The notes below the pieces were generated by a model. That model did no database searches, was not told where the DNA came from, and saw only the letters and a list, made by a program, of their open reading frames with translations. Of a DNA stretch of 64,000 nucleotides, positions 9,003 through 19,161 are shown piece after piece. Source of the DNA: Ostreococcus lucimarinus (Eukaryota); the NCBI GenBank assembly GCA_000092065.1, contig CP000589.1; one strand, written 5' to 3'. Position 1 is the stretch's first letter. Every line of letters begins with the position of its first letter. A program made the position numbers and the translations under genes.

Positions 9003-10847
9003 TCACACGTCGATTGGTTTGTGCACGACGTACTCGACGTCACCGGCGTCGTTGGCGACGGACTCGACTCCGACGCGCTCGAGCAACCGCTCGCTCGCCG
9101 GAACGCGAAGGGCGAGTAGACTCCACGCGAGCACCTCGCAGTCTGCCTCGGAGTACTCGTCCAAATATCGTTCGATGACGTCATCTAATATGTTCTTCAC
9201 GCGCGCGTCGTCTTCGTCGAAGACGAAGTGCAGACGCGCCAGAGATTGAAGGATGGTTTTCGTCTCGAGCGCGGAAGCGATCGGCGCGACGTCGAGGTAC
9301 GCGTACGCGGCCATGCGCGAGGTGTCTTCACCGATATCGTACTCCGCCGCCGCGAACGACCAAAGCATTAACGTGAGGTTTTGAGGCTTCTCCGCGTAAC
9401 CCGAAACGTCGGCGCGAAACCTGTCTCGCGCGAGTTCCAAGAGCTTTGGATTCGTCACGCGAAGCGACGTGAGCGCGTGCATCGTCGGCGCCAACTCGAA
9501 AGGCGCGAACGCGTGCACAGACCGCTGAACCGCACCGCCCAGCGCGTCAAGAAACGTTGAATGAATGTATACGTTATCCTCGCTCGGTCGCATGGTGTTC
9601 AACGACCACGCAATCATTAGAAGAGCGCGTTGGTTGAGGGTGTCGATTTCTTTCGCCAGCGTCTTGCACGCCACGTCGTGGTAATCGCCATCGGCAAAAC
9701 CGACGTGTTCGGCACCGAGCCTGGCGACGGCGTACATATTCATCGCGATATCGCGCGAAGCCACTTTTTCGCCACGATCGAGTTTTGCGCGAGTGACAAA
9801 GTGCAACTCATCCGTGTGCTTCGTCGACACCAAACCGCTCTTCAACGCGTCCATCTTCGCGTAGCTCCACAACAGCGCTGAAACAGCCGCAAAGGGCGTC
9901 GATTCGTCGACTTGCATGATGTGTGAGAATGATGCGATGACTCGCTCCGTTAAAATATCCGTCGCCTTCGCCGAGACAACGTCGTGCAAGATGAACGACA
10001 CTTGCATCGGCGAAAATGCCACCGCGTTATGCGACGCCACGTTCACGAGCGAGGCGATGAAATCCATCGGCACGGGCTCGCCCGTGATTTTATGAATCGC
10101 GATCACGTGCTTCAGCGCCCGACACAGCGTCGCCGCCCCTCGCTTGTCCTTGGCCGAATCCCACTCGACGAAGACGCTCGCCGCCGCGGCGCTCGCGACG
10201 CGCGCAAACTCTCGAAGCGCCCGCATATCCTCCGAGTCCTCGCGCACGTCCCGCCGCCGCCAATAGTTCTCCACGCCCCAAATCGCGCTCGTCACGTCCC
10301 TCGCCGCCGTCGAAGCTTCCCGCTCGCGTTCGATCCGCGCCGCCGCCGCGCGCAGCAACGTAGTCGCCGGCGCGTCGAATCGCGCGCGAGCGGAATCGTG
10401 AAACGCCCGCGCCAACGCCCTCAAACTCATCGTCCCAGACGCGCTTTCGAACGCGTCGCGCAGCTTCGCCGCCAGCGCCTTCCCTCCTTCGCCTTCGAAC
10501 GCGTCGCGAGCGTCCGCCGCGTCGACGCTTCGCAGCGCCGCGAGCGCCGCCGCCGCGCTCACCGCGCTCGTCTCCAACGCCGCGCGGTGCAGCGCGTCCA
10601 CCGTGCGCGCGGTCGCGAACGCCTCGAGGCCTCCGTCGCGATCGATCGCGCGCGCGCGTCGTCGGCGTTCGCGCTTTCGCGCGAGGAGTTCGTCCAAGTT
10701 TAACGACTTTTCGTCGCCGTCTTCACGACCGAGCGACGCGCGCGCGACGTCCGCGCTCGAACCGACGGACGCGCGCGCGACGCCGACGCGCGGCGACGCC
10801 GCGACGCCGCGCGAGGCGGCGGCGCGACGGGCGATTCGAGCGAACAT
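9003..10847 (-). CDS. Organelle-targeted helical-repeat protein (heptatricopeptide/FASTK-like repeats), a putative organellar RNA-binding protein.
   Basis: The N-terminus MFARIARRAAASRGVAASPR... looks like a presequence. A L-x-x-x-W-S-x-A motif (LLWSYAKM, LMIAWSLNTM, LMLWSFAAAEY, VLAWSLLAL) recurs at about 37-40 residue spacing, as in FASTK/HPR repeat proteins. No RAP domain is seen. Confidence 0.5.
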   Translation of the reverse strand: MFARIARRAAASRGVAASPRVGVARASVGSSADVARASLGREDGDEKSLNLDELLARKRERRRRARAIDRDGGLEAFATARTVDALHRAALETSAVSAAAALAALRSVDAADARDAFEGEGGKALAAKLRDAFESASGTMSLRALARAFHDSARARFDAPATTLLRAAAARIEREREASTAARDVTSAIWGVENYWRRRDVREDSEDMRALREFARVASAAAASVFVEWDSAKDKRGAATLCRALKHVIAIHKITGEPVPMDFIASLVNVASHNAVAFSPMQVSFILHDVVSAKATDILTERVIASFSHIMQVDESTPFAAVSALLWSYAKMDALKSGLVSTKHTDELHFVTRAKLDRGEKVASRDIAMNMYAVARLGAEHVGFADGDYHDVACKTLAKEIDTLNQRALLMIAWSLNTMRPSEDNVYIHSTFLDALGGAVQRSVHAFAPFELAPTMHALTSLRVTNPKLLELARDRFRADVSGYAEKPQNLTLMLWSFAAAEYDIGEDTSRMAAYAYLDVAPIASALETKTILQSLARLHFVFDEDDARVKNILDDVIERYLDEYSEADCEVLAWSLLALRVPASERLLERVGVESVANDAGDVEYVVHKPIDV

Positions 10848-10914
10848 GACGAGGTGTGCGGCGGCGAGGCGACGAACGCGGCTTCGCGAGCGAAAACGTA
10901 ATCACTTCTATCCC

Positions 10915-11560
10915 TTACAAAGCGTGGTCGATCAATCCGAAATCTATCGCTTCGTCCACGCCCATATACGTGTCGCGCGCCATCATCGCCTCCAACTCGT
11001 CCGCGTCGCGCCCGGTGTACTTGGCGATGAAACCGACTTGCGCCTTCGCGTTTCTGTTCAACTCCGTGGCTTGAATCTTCACCTCGATGGACGTCCCCGC
11101 CAACCCCCCGAGCGGTTGACTGAGCACGATTCTCGCGCTCGACATCCCATATCTCTTCCCCTTATCCCCCGCCGCGACGAGCATCACCGGCGGTCCCGCC
11201 ACGCACCCGAGCGCGACGGTGCTCACCGGGCACGACACGTACTCCATCGTGTCCAAGATGGCCGTCACGCAATACTGCGTCCCCGCCACGCAGTTCACCC
11301 ACACGCGAATCTCCCCCTCGGGATCCTCCGATTCGAGCTGCAACAATCGCGCGCACGTCTCCGCGGCGACTTGCTCGTCGATCCGCGTCCCCAGGAACAC
11401 GATGCGGTCTCGCGCGAGCGCGCCGAAGACGTCCTCGCCGCCGCCGCGCCCGTCCGGCACCATCACCGGCACCGTCTCCGGCCCGCTCGTGATCGCGCCC
11501 GGTGGCGCGTGCGGTCGACGCGCGCGCGTCGTTCGCGTCGTTCGCATCCCTCGCGTCCCT

Positions 11561-11604
<44 letters not shown>

Positions 11605-11610
11605 GCGCAT
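10915..11610 (-). CDS. CLPR: ClpR-type subunit: a non-catalytic ClpP paralog of the chloroplast Clp protease core.
   Basis: It shows the ClpP/crotonase fold, including EIRVWVNCVAGTQY...LGCVAGPPVMLVAAGDKGKRY...IVLSQPLGG. The catalytic Ser and His positions are replaced (GxSMG becomes GPPVM, and HQP becomes SQP). The N-terminus is rich in Thr and Arg, like a transit peptide, and contains a 13-residue poly-Thr run. Confidence 0.8.
11566..11603. repeat. (GTC)13 trinucleotide microsatellite encoding poly-Thr at the CLPR N-terminus. Similar (GAC/GTC)n runs occur at about 37316-37350, 37726-37760, 49741-49775 and 49921-49950.
   Basis: Direct reading. Each run lies at a gene's 5' coding end and encodes poly-Asp or poly-Thr. 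Confidence 0.8.
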
Positions 11611-11618
11611 GATGGATG

Positions 11619-11626
11619 CGAAACCC
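11619..11626. promoter_or_regulatory. Telo-box AAACCCTA in the CLPR/CTL bidirectional promoter.
   Basis: It is an exact match to the plant telo-box (the complement of the TTTAGGG telomere unit), about 10 nt upstream of the CLPR ATG. Confidence 0.3.
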
Positions 11627-11915
11627 TACGCCCGTTCGCCGCGTCTTCGCGCGTCTTCGCGCGTCTTCGTCACCGCGTTCGCGCGTCTTCGTCACCGCGG
11701 TCGCGCGTTCGCGTCGCGCGTCCTCGTCTCGCGCGCGCTCGACCGTCGCGCGCGCGCGTCGCGGTGTGCGCGCCGGACGCGCGCGCGCGGGGGTCGCGGC
11801 GAGACCGACGACACGAAGCGACAACACGGACCATCCGAGCGCCCGATGGTGTTGGCGCGCGCGCGACCGCGACGGCGCGCCGGACGCGCGCGCGCGACGG
11901 CGACGCGACCGCGGC

Positions 11916-13616
11916 ATGGACGCGCCGCACGCGCCGCGCGAACGGCGACCGCGACGCGACCTCGCGTGGTCGGCGGCGTTCCTGACGACGATCGGACTCG
12001 CGCTCGCGCTCGGCATCGCGGCGACGGCGACGACGACGACGACGCGCGACGCGAGGGACGCGCGCGCGCGGTGGACGGACGTGCGCGACGGAGGCGCGTG
12101 CTTGGTCGGGGACGAAAGCGCGTGGCGCGAGACGCTGGCGACGAACGCGGCGAGGATCGAGACGACGACGGGACGCGCGGCGAGCGCGCTGGGCCTGGGC
12201 GCGGCGAAAGGGCTGGGACGACGGTCGTCGGTGTTCTTGGGACGGCTGGGCGCGAACGAGAGCGCGGTGGAGGGAGATGACGACGGCGAGACGCTCGCGG
12301 ACGGCGCGGCGGTGATGCGAAGGTTCGCGCCGTGGGCGGCGAGCGCGTTCGCGGCGTCGTTCGCGCTCGGCGCGGGGCTGATGTACGCGCTGAAGAATCA
12401 CGCGCGCAGGGTGGTTTGGGGGGTGATGATCGCCGAGGTGGGGTTGATGGCGGCGTACACGCTGTACGCGATGATGACGCTCGATGGGAATTGGGTGCTG
12501 TTGTTGGTTTTCACGCTGCTCTCGGCGCTCGTGGCGTACACGTGGAGGGACGAGTTGAACTTGGTGGCGTCGATGATTTCTGTGTCGACGATTAGCTTGT
12601 CGGATAACCCGCACCTGGTGACGGTGACGATCGGTTTGCAGTGTCTCGTGATGGCGTTCGTGGCGCCGATGGCGTGGTTCGCCGTCCAGGCGTCGCAGCA
12701 CGGCTCGGCGATTATCAACCAATACGCCACCGAATTCAGTAACGACGCGTGCACTGGGTATTACGGTCAATCCGTCGATTGTTGCAAGTGGAACATCGAC
12801 AGTTGGGTGGGGCCTTATTACGCGCTCGTCGTCATAGCGTGCGTGTGGTTCACGTCGTGCGCGCTCGAAGCGCGCATGTACGTCATCGGAGGCGTCGTCT
12901 CGCAGTGGTACTTTGCCCCGGCCGGGACAAAGAGTTTCAAGGGCACGACGAGAACGTCCGTGAGTAACGCGTACGGACCGTCGTTTGGGACGATTGCGTA
13001 CGGCGGCTTCGTGATCACCGTCGTCGAAATAATTCGAAGCATGGCGAACAAGTCTCGCCGGGAACGCAACAATTACGGCAACCCGCTTTGTTGCCTCTTT
13101 TACGCGATGCTGGACTGCATCTTTGCCGTTATCGAGTACCTCAGTCGATTTGCCATGATTCAGGCTTCGATCACCGGCGAAGCGTTTTGCGATGCCGCGA
13201 GGAGCATCAACGATCTCCTCAAAAGAAACTTTCTCTTGGCGTACGGCGCGTACGCCTTTCCGAAACATATTTTGGGCTTCCTCGTCTTCGTCTTGGCCGC
13301 CCTTCTCGGCTACTGCGTCAACATTTTGAGCAAGCACGTCTTCGCCGCGAACTCCCTCGGCGCGATCGTCAACGGAATCGGCTCCTTCTTCATCGCTTAC
13401 ATCGTCCTCAGCTTCTTCGTCATGATTTTGCTCAACTGCGTCGACGCCGTCTTCGTCTGTTACGCCTTGGACAAGGATCGCGCCGCGGTGCACCATCCAG
13501 ACTTGCACAAAGTCTTCGACGAGGTCACGCGCAAGCAGCGCGCGATCGAAGAGTCCGATGCGGAGGGTATGGAAGAGCCATTGATCTCGGGCAAGCCCAA
13601 GTACGCGTCCATGTAG
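11916..13616 (+). CDS. Choline transporter-like protein (CTL/SLC44/PNS1 family).
   Basis: About ten TM segments are present with the family motifs VVSQWYF and FGTIAYGGFVITVVEIIRSMANK. An ATG at 11916 (MDAPHAP...) lies within ORF 11616..13616. Confidence 0.8.
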   Translation: MDAPHAPRERRPRRDLAWSAAFLTTIGLALALGIAATATTTTTRDARDARARWTDVRDGGACLVGDESAWRETLATNAARIETTTGRAASALGLGAAKGLGRRSSVFLGRLGANESAVEGDDDGETLADGAAVMRRFAPWAASAFAASFALGAGLMYALKNHARRVVWGVMIAEVGLMAAYTLYAMMTLDGNWVLLLVFTLLSALVAYTWRDELNLVASMISVSTISLSDNPHLVTVTIGLQCLVMAFVAPMAWFAVQASQHGSAIINQYATEFSNDACTGYYGQSVDCCKWNIDSWVGPYYALVVIACVWFTSCALEARMYVIGGVVSQWYFAPAGTKSFKGTTRTSVSNAYGPSFGTIAYGGFVITVVEIIRSMANKSRRERNNYGNPLCCLFYAMLDCIFAVIEYLSRFAMIQASITGEAFCDAARSINDLLKRNFLLAYGAYAFPKHILGFLVFVLAALLGYCVNILSKHVFAANSLGAIVNGIGSFFIAYIVLSFFVMILLNCVDAVFVCYALDKDRAAVHHPDLHKVFDEVTRKQRAIEESDAEGMEEPLISGKPKYASM

Positions 13617-13706
13617 AGCGCCCGCCGCGTGTAAAACAACTCAGTAACAGTGTGGAATCAGTTCCACGCCTCTCTCCCCGCCGCACTTCCCGTCGCGCGT
13701 CCCGGC

Positions 13707-15320
13707 ATGTGGCGCCGGCGCGCGGGCACCGCCCTGAAGGCCACGCTCGCGGCGTACACCGCCGCCGAGCTCACCGCCTTCGTCGGGCACCAGCGACGCA
13801 TCGCGAGCGTCGAAAACGCCCCCACGCGCAAGCTCGACCCAAACTTTGACGTCAAGGCGCACGCCGCGTGGTTCGCCCGCGAGCTGCGACGGGAGCCGAA
13901 CCCGCGGCGATTGTTCGAAGAAGTCTTCAACGATCGCGCGATCGAGACGATACCGCGGAACCGCGCGCACGCGATGCTGTGCTTTTACCTGAGCGCGAAG
14001 GAGGCGAACGAGTTCGCGAGCGGGACGTACCCGAGCGTCATCACGCGACGCGCGGATTCGTTGCTGCGAGAGCTCGAACGCGCGCATGGATTGAAATTTG
14101 CGCGCGATTGCCCGGTGTGGCCGGCGAAACTCGGGGATGAGCGATTGGCGGATGTGGTGGAGGACGAGCGGAAGGCGGCGGAGAGCACGGTGGCGGCGGG
14201 CGCCAAGGCGGTGGGGGATTGGAATCACGGCGTGTGGCGGTGGGTGATGCGATCTTTCGGGTACAGAGAATCGAGAATATCGAGTCCGGTTGAGGGCACG
14301 CCGGATTTCATACGGACAAATACGCATAACATTACGGCGTGGTACAAGCCTTTGGCGTTGCGGTTTATGATTTGGCGGTACAGAGAGCGAAGCGAGAGGA
14401 CGCTCAGGGCGAATGGGTTTAAGATGTACAGGGACGTAGACACCGACGTGAAACTGTGGGTGCGCATTCCTGAGGAGTGCTCGACGGATACGGTGCTTTA
14501 CTTTCTACACGGCTTTGGCATGGGCGTGCCGCCTTACACGTCGTTCATAGAAAAGTTACCAAAGGACAGAATAGTGGTTTGTCCCGAGTGGCCGAACATT
14601 TCGTACGGACTGGATCGGTCGCACGAGTACCCAACGCCGCGAGAACTATCGAATGTGCTCGCGCGCACCGTTGAGCGCGTGCAAGACGAGAAGTTGCTGC
14701 TGTATCCGCAAATCGAAGAAGTCGACGACGCGCGTTGGTATCGCGAACGCTTTGGCGGTTGGTTTCGTAAGAAGCCATCAAAGCGCGAGATCACGAAGTG
14801 CGACGTCATCGCACACTCATACGGCACAGTAGTGCTCACTGGTTTCAAGCGGCACTTCCCCGAAATGTTGCGACGTTGTGTGTACATCGATCCGGTGTGC
14901 TTTCTGCCGGCATTTGGGAGCTATCTCAAGTACGCGTACGACGACCATTTGCTTGAGTGGCAAAACCTCATGCATTACGTGTCCAATAAACTCGCCAATC
15001 CAGACGAGCCTATGGATCTTTTTAACATCCTTTTGAGTTCGTGGTTTGTCAAGGGCGATGTTGGCACGCAGCAGTTGATGAAGCGCTTGTTGTTCCCGCA
15101 CGAGGCTTGGGAACGCGGACCGATGACGAGCGAAGATATGATCGTGCTCTCGGGTTTGGATGAAATAGTCGCGTCGAAAGAAGTGTCCACGCGTTTACGT
15201 ATCGCTTGGCCTAGCGTGCGTATGATTTACGAGAAACAGTGGCAGCACGGCGGGTTTTTACTAGAGCCTGACCCCCACGACGTAGTTCCTCGCATTATTC
15301 GTTTTGTGAGCAAAGTTTAG
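13707..15320 (+). CDS. Alpha/beta-hydrolase fold protein (lipase/esterase-like) with an unknown specific function.
   Basis: A nucleophile elbow VIAHSYGTVV is present, along with a downstream Asp/His. The ORF-track start at 13650 is a GTG. The first ATG is at 13707 (MWRRRAG...). Confidence 0.6.
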   Translation: MWRRRAGTALKATLAAYTAAELTAFVGHQRRIASVENAPTRKLDPNFDVKAHAAWFARELRREPNPRRLFEEVFNDRAIETIPRNRAHAMLCFYLSAKEANEFASGTYPSVITRRADSLLRELERAHGLKFARDCPVWPAKLGDERLADVVEDERKAAESTVAAGAKAVGDWNHGVWRWVMRSFGYRESRISSPVEGTPDFIRTNTHNITAWYKPLALRFMIWRYRERSERTLRANGFKMYRDVDTDVKLWVRIPEECSTDTVLYFLHGFGMGVPPYTSFIEKLPKDRIVVCPEWPNISYGLDRSHEYPTPRELSNVLARTVERVQDEKLLLYPQIEEVDDARWYRERFGGWFRKKPSKREITKCDVIAHSYGTVVLTGFKRHFPEMLRRCVYIDPVCFLPAFGSYLKYAYDDHLLEWQNLMHYVSNKLANPDEPMDLFNILLSSWFVKGDVGTQQLMKRLLFPHEAWERGPMTSEDMIVLSGLDEIVASKEVSTRLRIAWPSVRMIYEKQWQHGGFLLEPDPHDVVPRIIRFVSKV

Positions 15321-15373
15321 ATATTAGACACCGTTTAGAACAATAGAGATTCTTTGAATAGGAAACAAATGGT

Positions 15374-17533
15374 CTAGGTTAAAACGCCCATTCTCTTCAA
15401 GAATGGGTCCAGTGACGCGCCTCTTCCGAGGAAATTTTGCAACATGCTGTCGCCGTCCACCGTAGCGCACGGGGACAAAATCGTCTCTCTGTATTTGCGG
15501 CCGAGCGCCGGATCACACACGTTCGGTTTCTTCGCCTCGAATTCACTGAATAAATCCGCAGCGAACGCTTCACTCCACAAGTATCCGTAGTAACCAGCGG
15601 CATATCCCATCATCGGGTGATACCAACTCGCCGCAGGGAACGCCCCCTCGACGCTCGGAATTTTGCTCAACGACTCGGTTATGACGTTGTAGAAGTCAAT
15701 TGTGTCGTGTTTTTCACCTTCGAACTCGTACGGGCCCGGGCCACCGTGCACCGCTAAGTCAAAGAGCGCCATCGAGATAAAACGCGAGCGAGCGTAGCCT
15801 TCGAGCGCTCCGCGGCTCGCGCTCAACGCGTCGATGTCATCTTCGGGTAAACTGTCTCCCGTTTCGTAGTGCTTCGACAAACGCCGAAGGACCTCGGGTT
15901 GCCAGACAAAGTTTTCGAGCATCATCGACGGCACTTCCAGGAAATCCTGCTCTACGCCCCCCGGCCATGGCACCGCGCTCCATGCCCACGCGTGCACGCT
16001 GTATTTGCTCTTGCTCAATACGCAGTGCATGACGTGACCGAATTCGTGAAAGAACGTCTCAACTTCGCGAAAGCGCAACAGCGCGGGTTTGCCATCCGCC
16101 CCCGGCTTGCTCAGATTACCTATGTTCACGCATGCGGCGGTAACAACATCATCGCCGTCTTCGAAAGCGGGGCGCAATGGATACACACACTGATGCGCGT
16201 ATTTCCCAGGCCGAGGGAACAAATCGAGATAAAAGAATCCCAACACCTGTTGTTCACCCCCCGCCTCGCGAACCGAATAGCACTCCACCTCCTCGTGCCA
16301 CACCTCGGCGTCGACGCGCGCGAACGTTAGGCCGAGCAAGTTTTGATACGTGCTCAAAATTTCGTGTTTCACGTGCTCGAGAGGAAAATACTCGCGAATC
16401 TTCGCCTCGTTGACGCCGAGCGTCGCCTTATACTTGGTCGAGTAGTACGACACGTCCCAGCTCTGCAGCGGGCCGGCGTTCGGGCCTTCTTCCTCGTCCT
16501 TCAGCTTTTGTAAGTCCGTAAGATCTTCGTGAAGCTTGCCTTGCGCTTTATCGAGCAAGTCTCTCAAGAAAGCTTCCGCACGCGCCGGTGTGCTCGCCAT
16601 CTTTGGCTTCAACATGTACTCGGCGTGCGACGCGTACCCGAGCATTTGCGCGCATTCGTTTCGCAACTCGATGACGCGAAGGAATCGATCGGTGTTCACG
16701 TCTTGGCACTGCTTTGCCTTGGCTTCCGCCATGCGTTTACGCGTCGAAGCTCGCCTCGCAAACTGCAGCACGGGCATGATGTCCGGTGCGATGAGACCAA
16801 CGCGACGCGTGCCCTCCATATCGCCCTGCGCGTAGGCGCTTACGTCGACACCGTCCAATTCGGCCTCGGCAAAATCTACGCATGTCGCGTCCTCATTCAA
16901 CGCAGCGCAAAAGCTCGAGCATAGCGCCTCGATTTCTCCGAGCTTACTCATGAGCACCTCTTGTTTCTCGGCGCTCAACGCCGCACCGTTCCTCTCAAAC
17001 TCTCGCATCAAATACTCGCTCGCGCGTCTCGCCTCGCTCGTCGGCGCCGCGTCCGCGCCGACCGCTTTCATCGCCTCGTACACCTCCCTTCGCGCGAATG
17101 TCCCGTCAAACATCGCTTTCAACTTATCCTTCGCCTTCGTGCTCGCCTCTCGCACGTCGCGTTCGCGATGCGTCATCGCCGGAAGCGTCGCCGCGGCGCT
17201 CGCCTCGCTCGCGCGTCCAAGCGCGCGCAGCGTCGTTGAAAACGTCGATTCCCACGTCGTCCCGCGCGCGGCGTCGCGCAGCGCGCGCTCGTACTCGGAG
17301 ACGATCGTCGTTACCAACGCATCGACGCCATCGGCGGTGATATCAGAGGTGAAGCGCGGCGTCGAGGGCGGTGCGGGCGCGACGGTGACTGGCGAAGCCT
17401 GGACGCGCATTCGTCTCGCGCGCGGCGGCGGTGCGCGCGCGCCGGGCGCGACGACGCGCGGAGTCGACGCGTGACCAACGACGCGTCTCGCACCGTTCTC
17501 GACGAGCGTTTTGGCGAGCGCGCTCGCGCGCAT
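15374..17533 (-). CDS. Peptidase family M3 oligopeptidase (thimet oligopeptidase / organellar oligopeptidase-like).
   Basis: The HEFGHVMH zinc motif and a full-length M3 fold are present. The N-terminus MRASALAKTLV...RARRMRVQASP is presequence-like. Confidence 0.85.
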   Translation of the reverse strand: MRASALAKTLVENGARRVVGHASTPRVVAPGARAPPPRARRMRVQASPVTVAPAPPSTPRFTSDITADGVDALVTTIVSEYERALRDAARGTTWESTFSTTLRALGRASEASAAATLPAMTHRERDVREASTKAKDKLKAMFDGTFARREVYEAMKAVGADAAPTSEARRASEYLMREFERNGAALSAEKQEVLMSKLGEIEALCSSFCAALNEDATCVDFAEAELDGVDVSAYAQGDMEGTRRVGLIAPDIMPVLQFARRASTRKRMAEAKAKQCQDVNTDRFLRVIELRNECAQMLGYASHAEYMLKPKMASTPARAEAFLRDLLDKAQGKLHEDLTDLQKLKDEEEGPNAGPLQSWDVSYYSTKYKATLGVNEAKIREYFPLEHVKHEILSTYQNLLGLTFARVDAEVWHEEVECYSVREAGGEQQVLGFFYLDLFPRPGKYAHQCVYPLRPAFEDGDDVVTAACVNIGNLSKPGADGKPALLRFREVETFFHEFGHVMHCVLSKSKYSVHAWAWSAVPWPGGVEQDFLEVPSMMLENFVWQPEVLRRLSKHYETGDSLPEDDIDALSASRGALEGYARSRFISMALFDLAVHGGPGPYEFEGEKHDTIDFYNVITESLSKIPSVEGAFPAASWYHPMMGYAAGYYGYLWSEAFAADLFSEFEAKKPNVCDPALGRKYRETILSPCATVDGDSMLQNFLGRGASLDPFLKRMGVLT

Positions 17534-17685
17534 GTCACGGAGTGGCGCGGCGAGTCGGGACGGGACGCGCTACGCGGCGACGCGGCGACGCGCTCGCGGA
17601 CGGCTTGAGTCGCTAGAGAATCTACTGATATTGACGATGACTAAATGGTTGAGCACTCGACGCGCGCGCGCCGAACGAGGGAAAT

Positions 17686-18960
17686 CTAGAGGTATCGCAC
17701 CAACGACGTGAAGAAGTGCTTGTCCGTGCACGCGCGATGCCACACGAAGGACGTCTTCGCCTTGAAACCGCCCTCGGTGGGGATATTTTGCACCCAATCC
17801 TCCACGTCTGATTCGGATTTCGTGGGCGATCCCGTGCGCGCGGCGGATTCGGCTGACTCTAACATCGCAGCCTTGCGCTTCGCGTGGGCGTCCGTCTCCA
17901 TGTCGTCGCGGCTGTCTTCGTAGTCGTCGTCCGAATCGCGCATTAATCCTAAAGCCTCTTTCCTCATGTCCGTGCGCTCGCGACGGCGCGTCATGTCGTT
18001 GAATAGGTTCACGCAGAAGATAGCCATCTCCAATCCGTGCCCGATGAGCGGAGGCCCCCACGTGGACCAAGACTCGTGCATCACCGCCTTTTGAATCGTC
18101 GCCCCGAGCCCGCCCGCGACGGACAGCGCTAATCGCATGTAACTCATCGCCCCCGAACCTTTGGAGTGTACGGACTCCCACAACTGCGGCACGTATCGCG
18201 TGGTTTCTAAAACTGCGTTCGTCAACCCTAAGAAAATCGCATAACGTTCAAACTCAAAACACGTCGATCCGAACAACATCCTCGCGACGGGCGCCGCGAG
18301 CAACGCGCACGGCACCGCCCACAACGCTAACCCGTACCACGCCGCCTTACGCTTAGACATGACGTACCCAAAGTATTCCGTCTTGCGATCGCTCGTGAAG
18401 TGCGCCGCGAGCGGGTAGAGCGGTATCCACAGCAACGTGTAAATCAACGTGTAATACAGCGTCAACAGCGACGCCTGACACCGCTCGTACTCGTACCCCG
18501 CCGCTCCCGCGACGCACCGTCGGATCTGCTCGTAATGCAGAATGAACACATTCATCGTCGCGCACACGTTCGACACGTTCATCAGCGCCAACGAGCTCAG
18601 CGACAGCCCCTCCGAAGTCCCCAACACCACCACCTTCAGGTACTGCGGCACCGCCCCGAGCACGCACCCGCTGATGAAGACGAACATCACCGCCGTCGCC
18701 GCGTCGCTCGAGCGATACGCGTCGACGAAGCACGACGTGTCCGTCACCGGCCGGAAATCGACGCCGTCGGTGATGATTTTCGCGTGTTCGTTCAAGTCAT
18801 CGAGCGACGACGTCCCGCGCGTCTTCGCCGCGCCGAGTCGCCGCAGCGTCGCCGCGCCGGCGTCCGCGACGCCGCTCGCGGACGTCGACGCGCTCGAGGC
18901 CGTGCGTCCGAGCGCGGCGACGCGTCCGAGCGTCGCCTCGACGACCGACGCGAGCACCAT
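17686..18960 (-). CDS. PQ-loop repeat membrane protein (cystinosin/LCT family).
   Basis: There are two PQ-loop motifs (KVVVLGTSEGLSLSSL... and RYVPQLWESVHSKGSGAMS), seven predicted TM segments and an acidic C-terminal tail. An ATG at 18960 lies within ORF 17686..19479. Confidence 0.7.
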   Translation of the reverse strand: MVLASVVEATLGRVAALGRTASSASTSASGVADAGAATLRRLGAAKTRGTSSLDDLNEHAKIITDGVDFRPVTDTSCFVDAYRSSDAATAVMFVFISGCVLGAVPQYLKVVVLGTSEGLSLSSLALMNVSNVCATMNVFILHYEQIRRCVAGAAGYEYERCQASLLTLYYTLIYTLLWIPLYPLAAHFTSDRKTEYFGYVMSKRKAAWYGLALWAVPCALLAAPVARMLFGSTCFEFERYAIFLGLTNAVLETTRYVPQLWESVHSKGSGAMSYMRLALSVAGGLGATIQKAVMHESWSTWGPPLIGHGLEMAIFCVNLFNDMTRRRERTDMRKEALGLMRDSDDDYEDSRDDMETDAHAKRKAAMLESAESAARTGSPTKSESDVEDWVQNIPTEGGFKAKTSFVWHRACTDKHFFTSLVRYL

Positions 18961-19161
18961 GCGCGCCGTTCTGGCGCCGTGGGTGTTGCGGGGCGGTCGC
19001 AGACGCCGACGCGCGGCGACGCGCGGCGACGCGCGCGCGCTCGAGCGCGCGAATCGCGCGAATCGCGCGCGGGCGTTCGAGCGCGCATGCGCGGACTCGC
19101 GCGCGCGCTCGCGCTCGCGGACGCGCGCGCGTGGACGCGCGGACGCGCGCGCGCGGGACGG

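Noticed and set aside
11670-13508. 612-aa antisense ORF opposite the CTL gene. Similar long antisense or overlapping ORFs occur elsewhere, including 1546..2988, 2533..3468, 3435..4322, 10603..11985, 21966..22964, 24151..25476, 24650..25885, 31611..32927, 34622..35824, 36609..38157 and 45345..46325.
   Set aside because: They are composed almost entirely of Arg, Ala, Pro, His, Gly and Ser low-complexity sequence and have no domain signatures. They are expected stop-codon-poor artefacts of roughly 68% GC DNA on the antisense of real genes.
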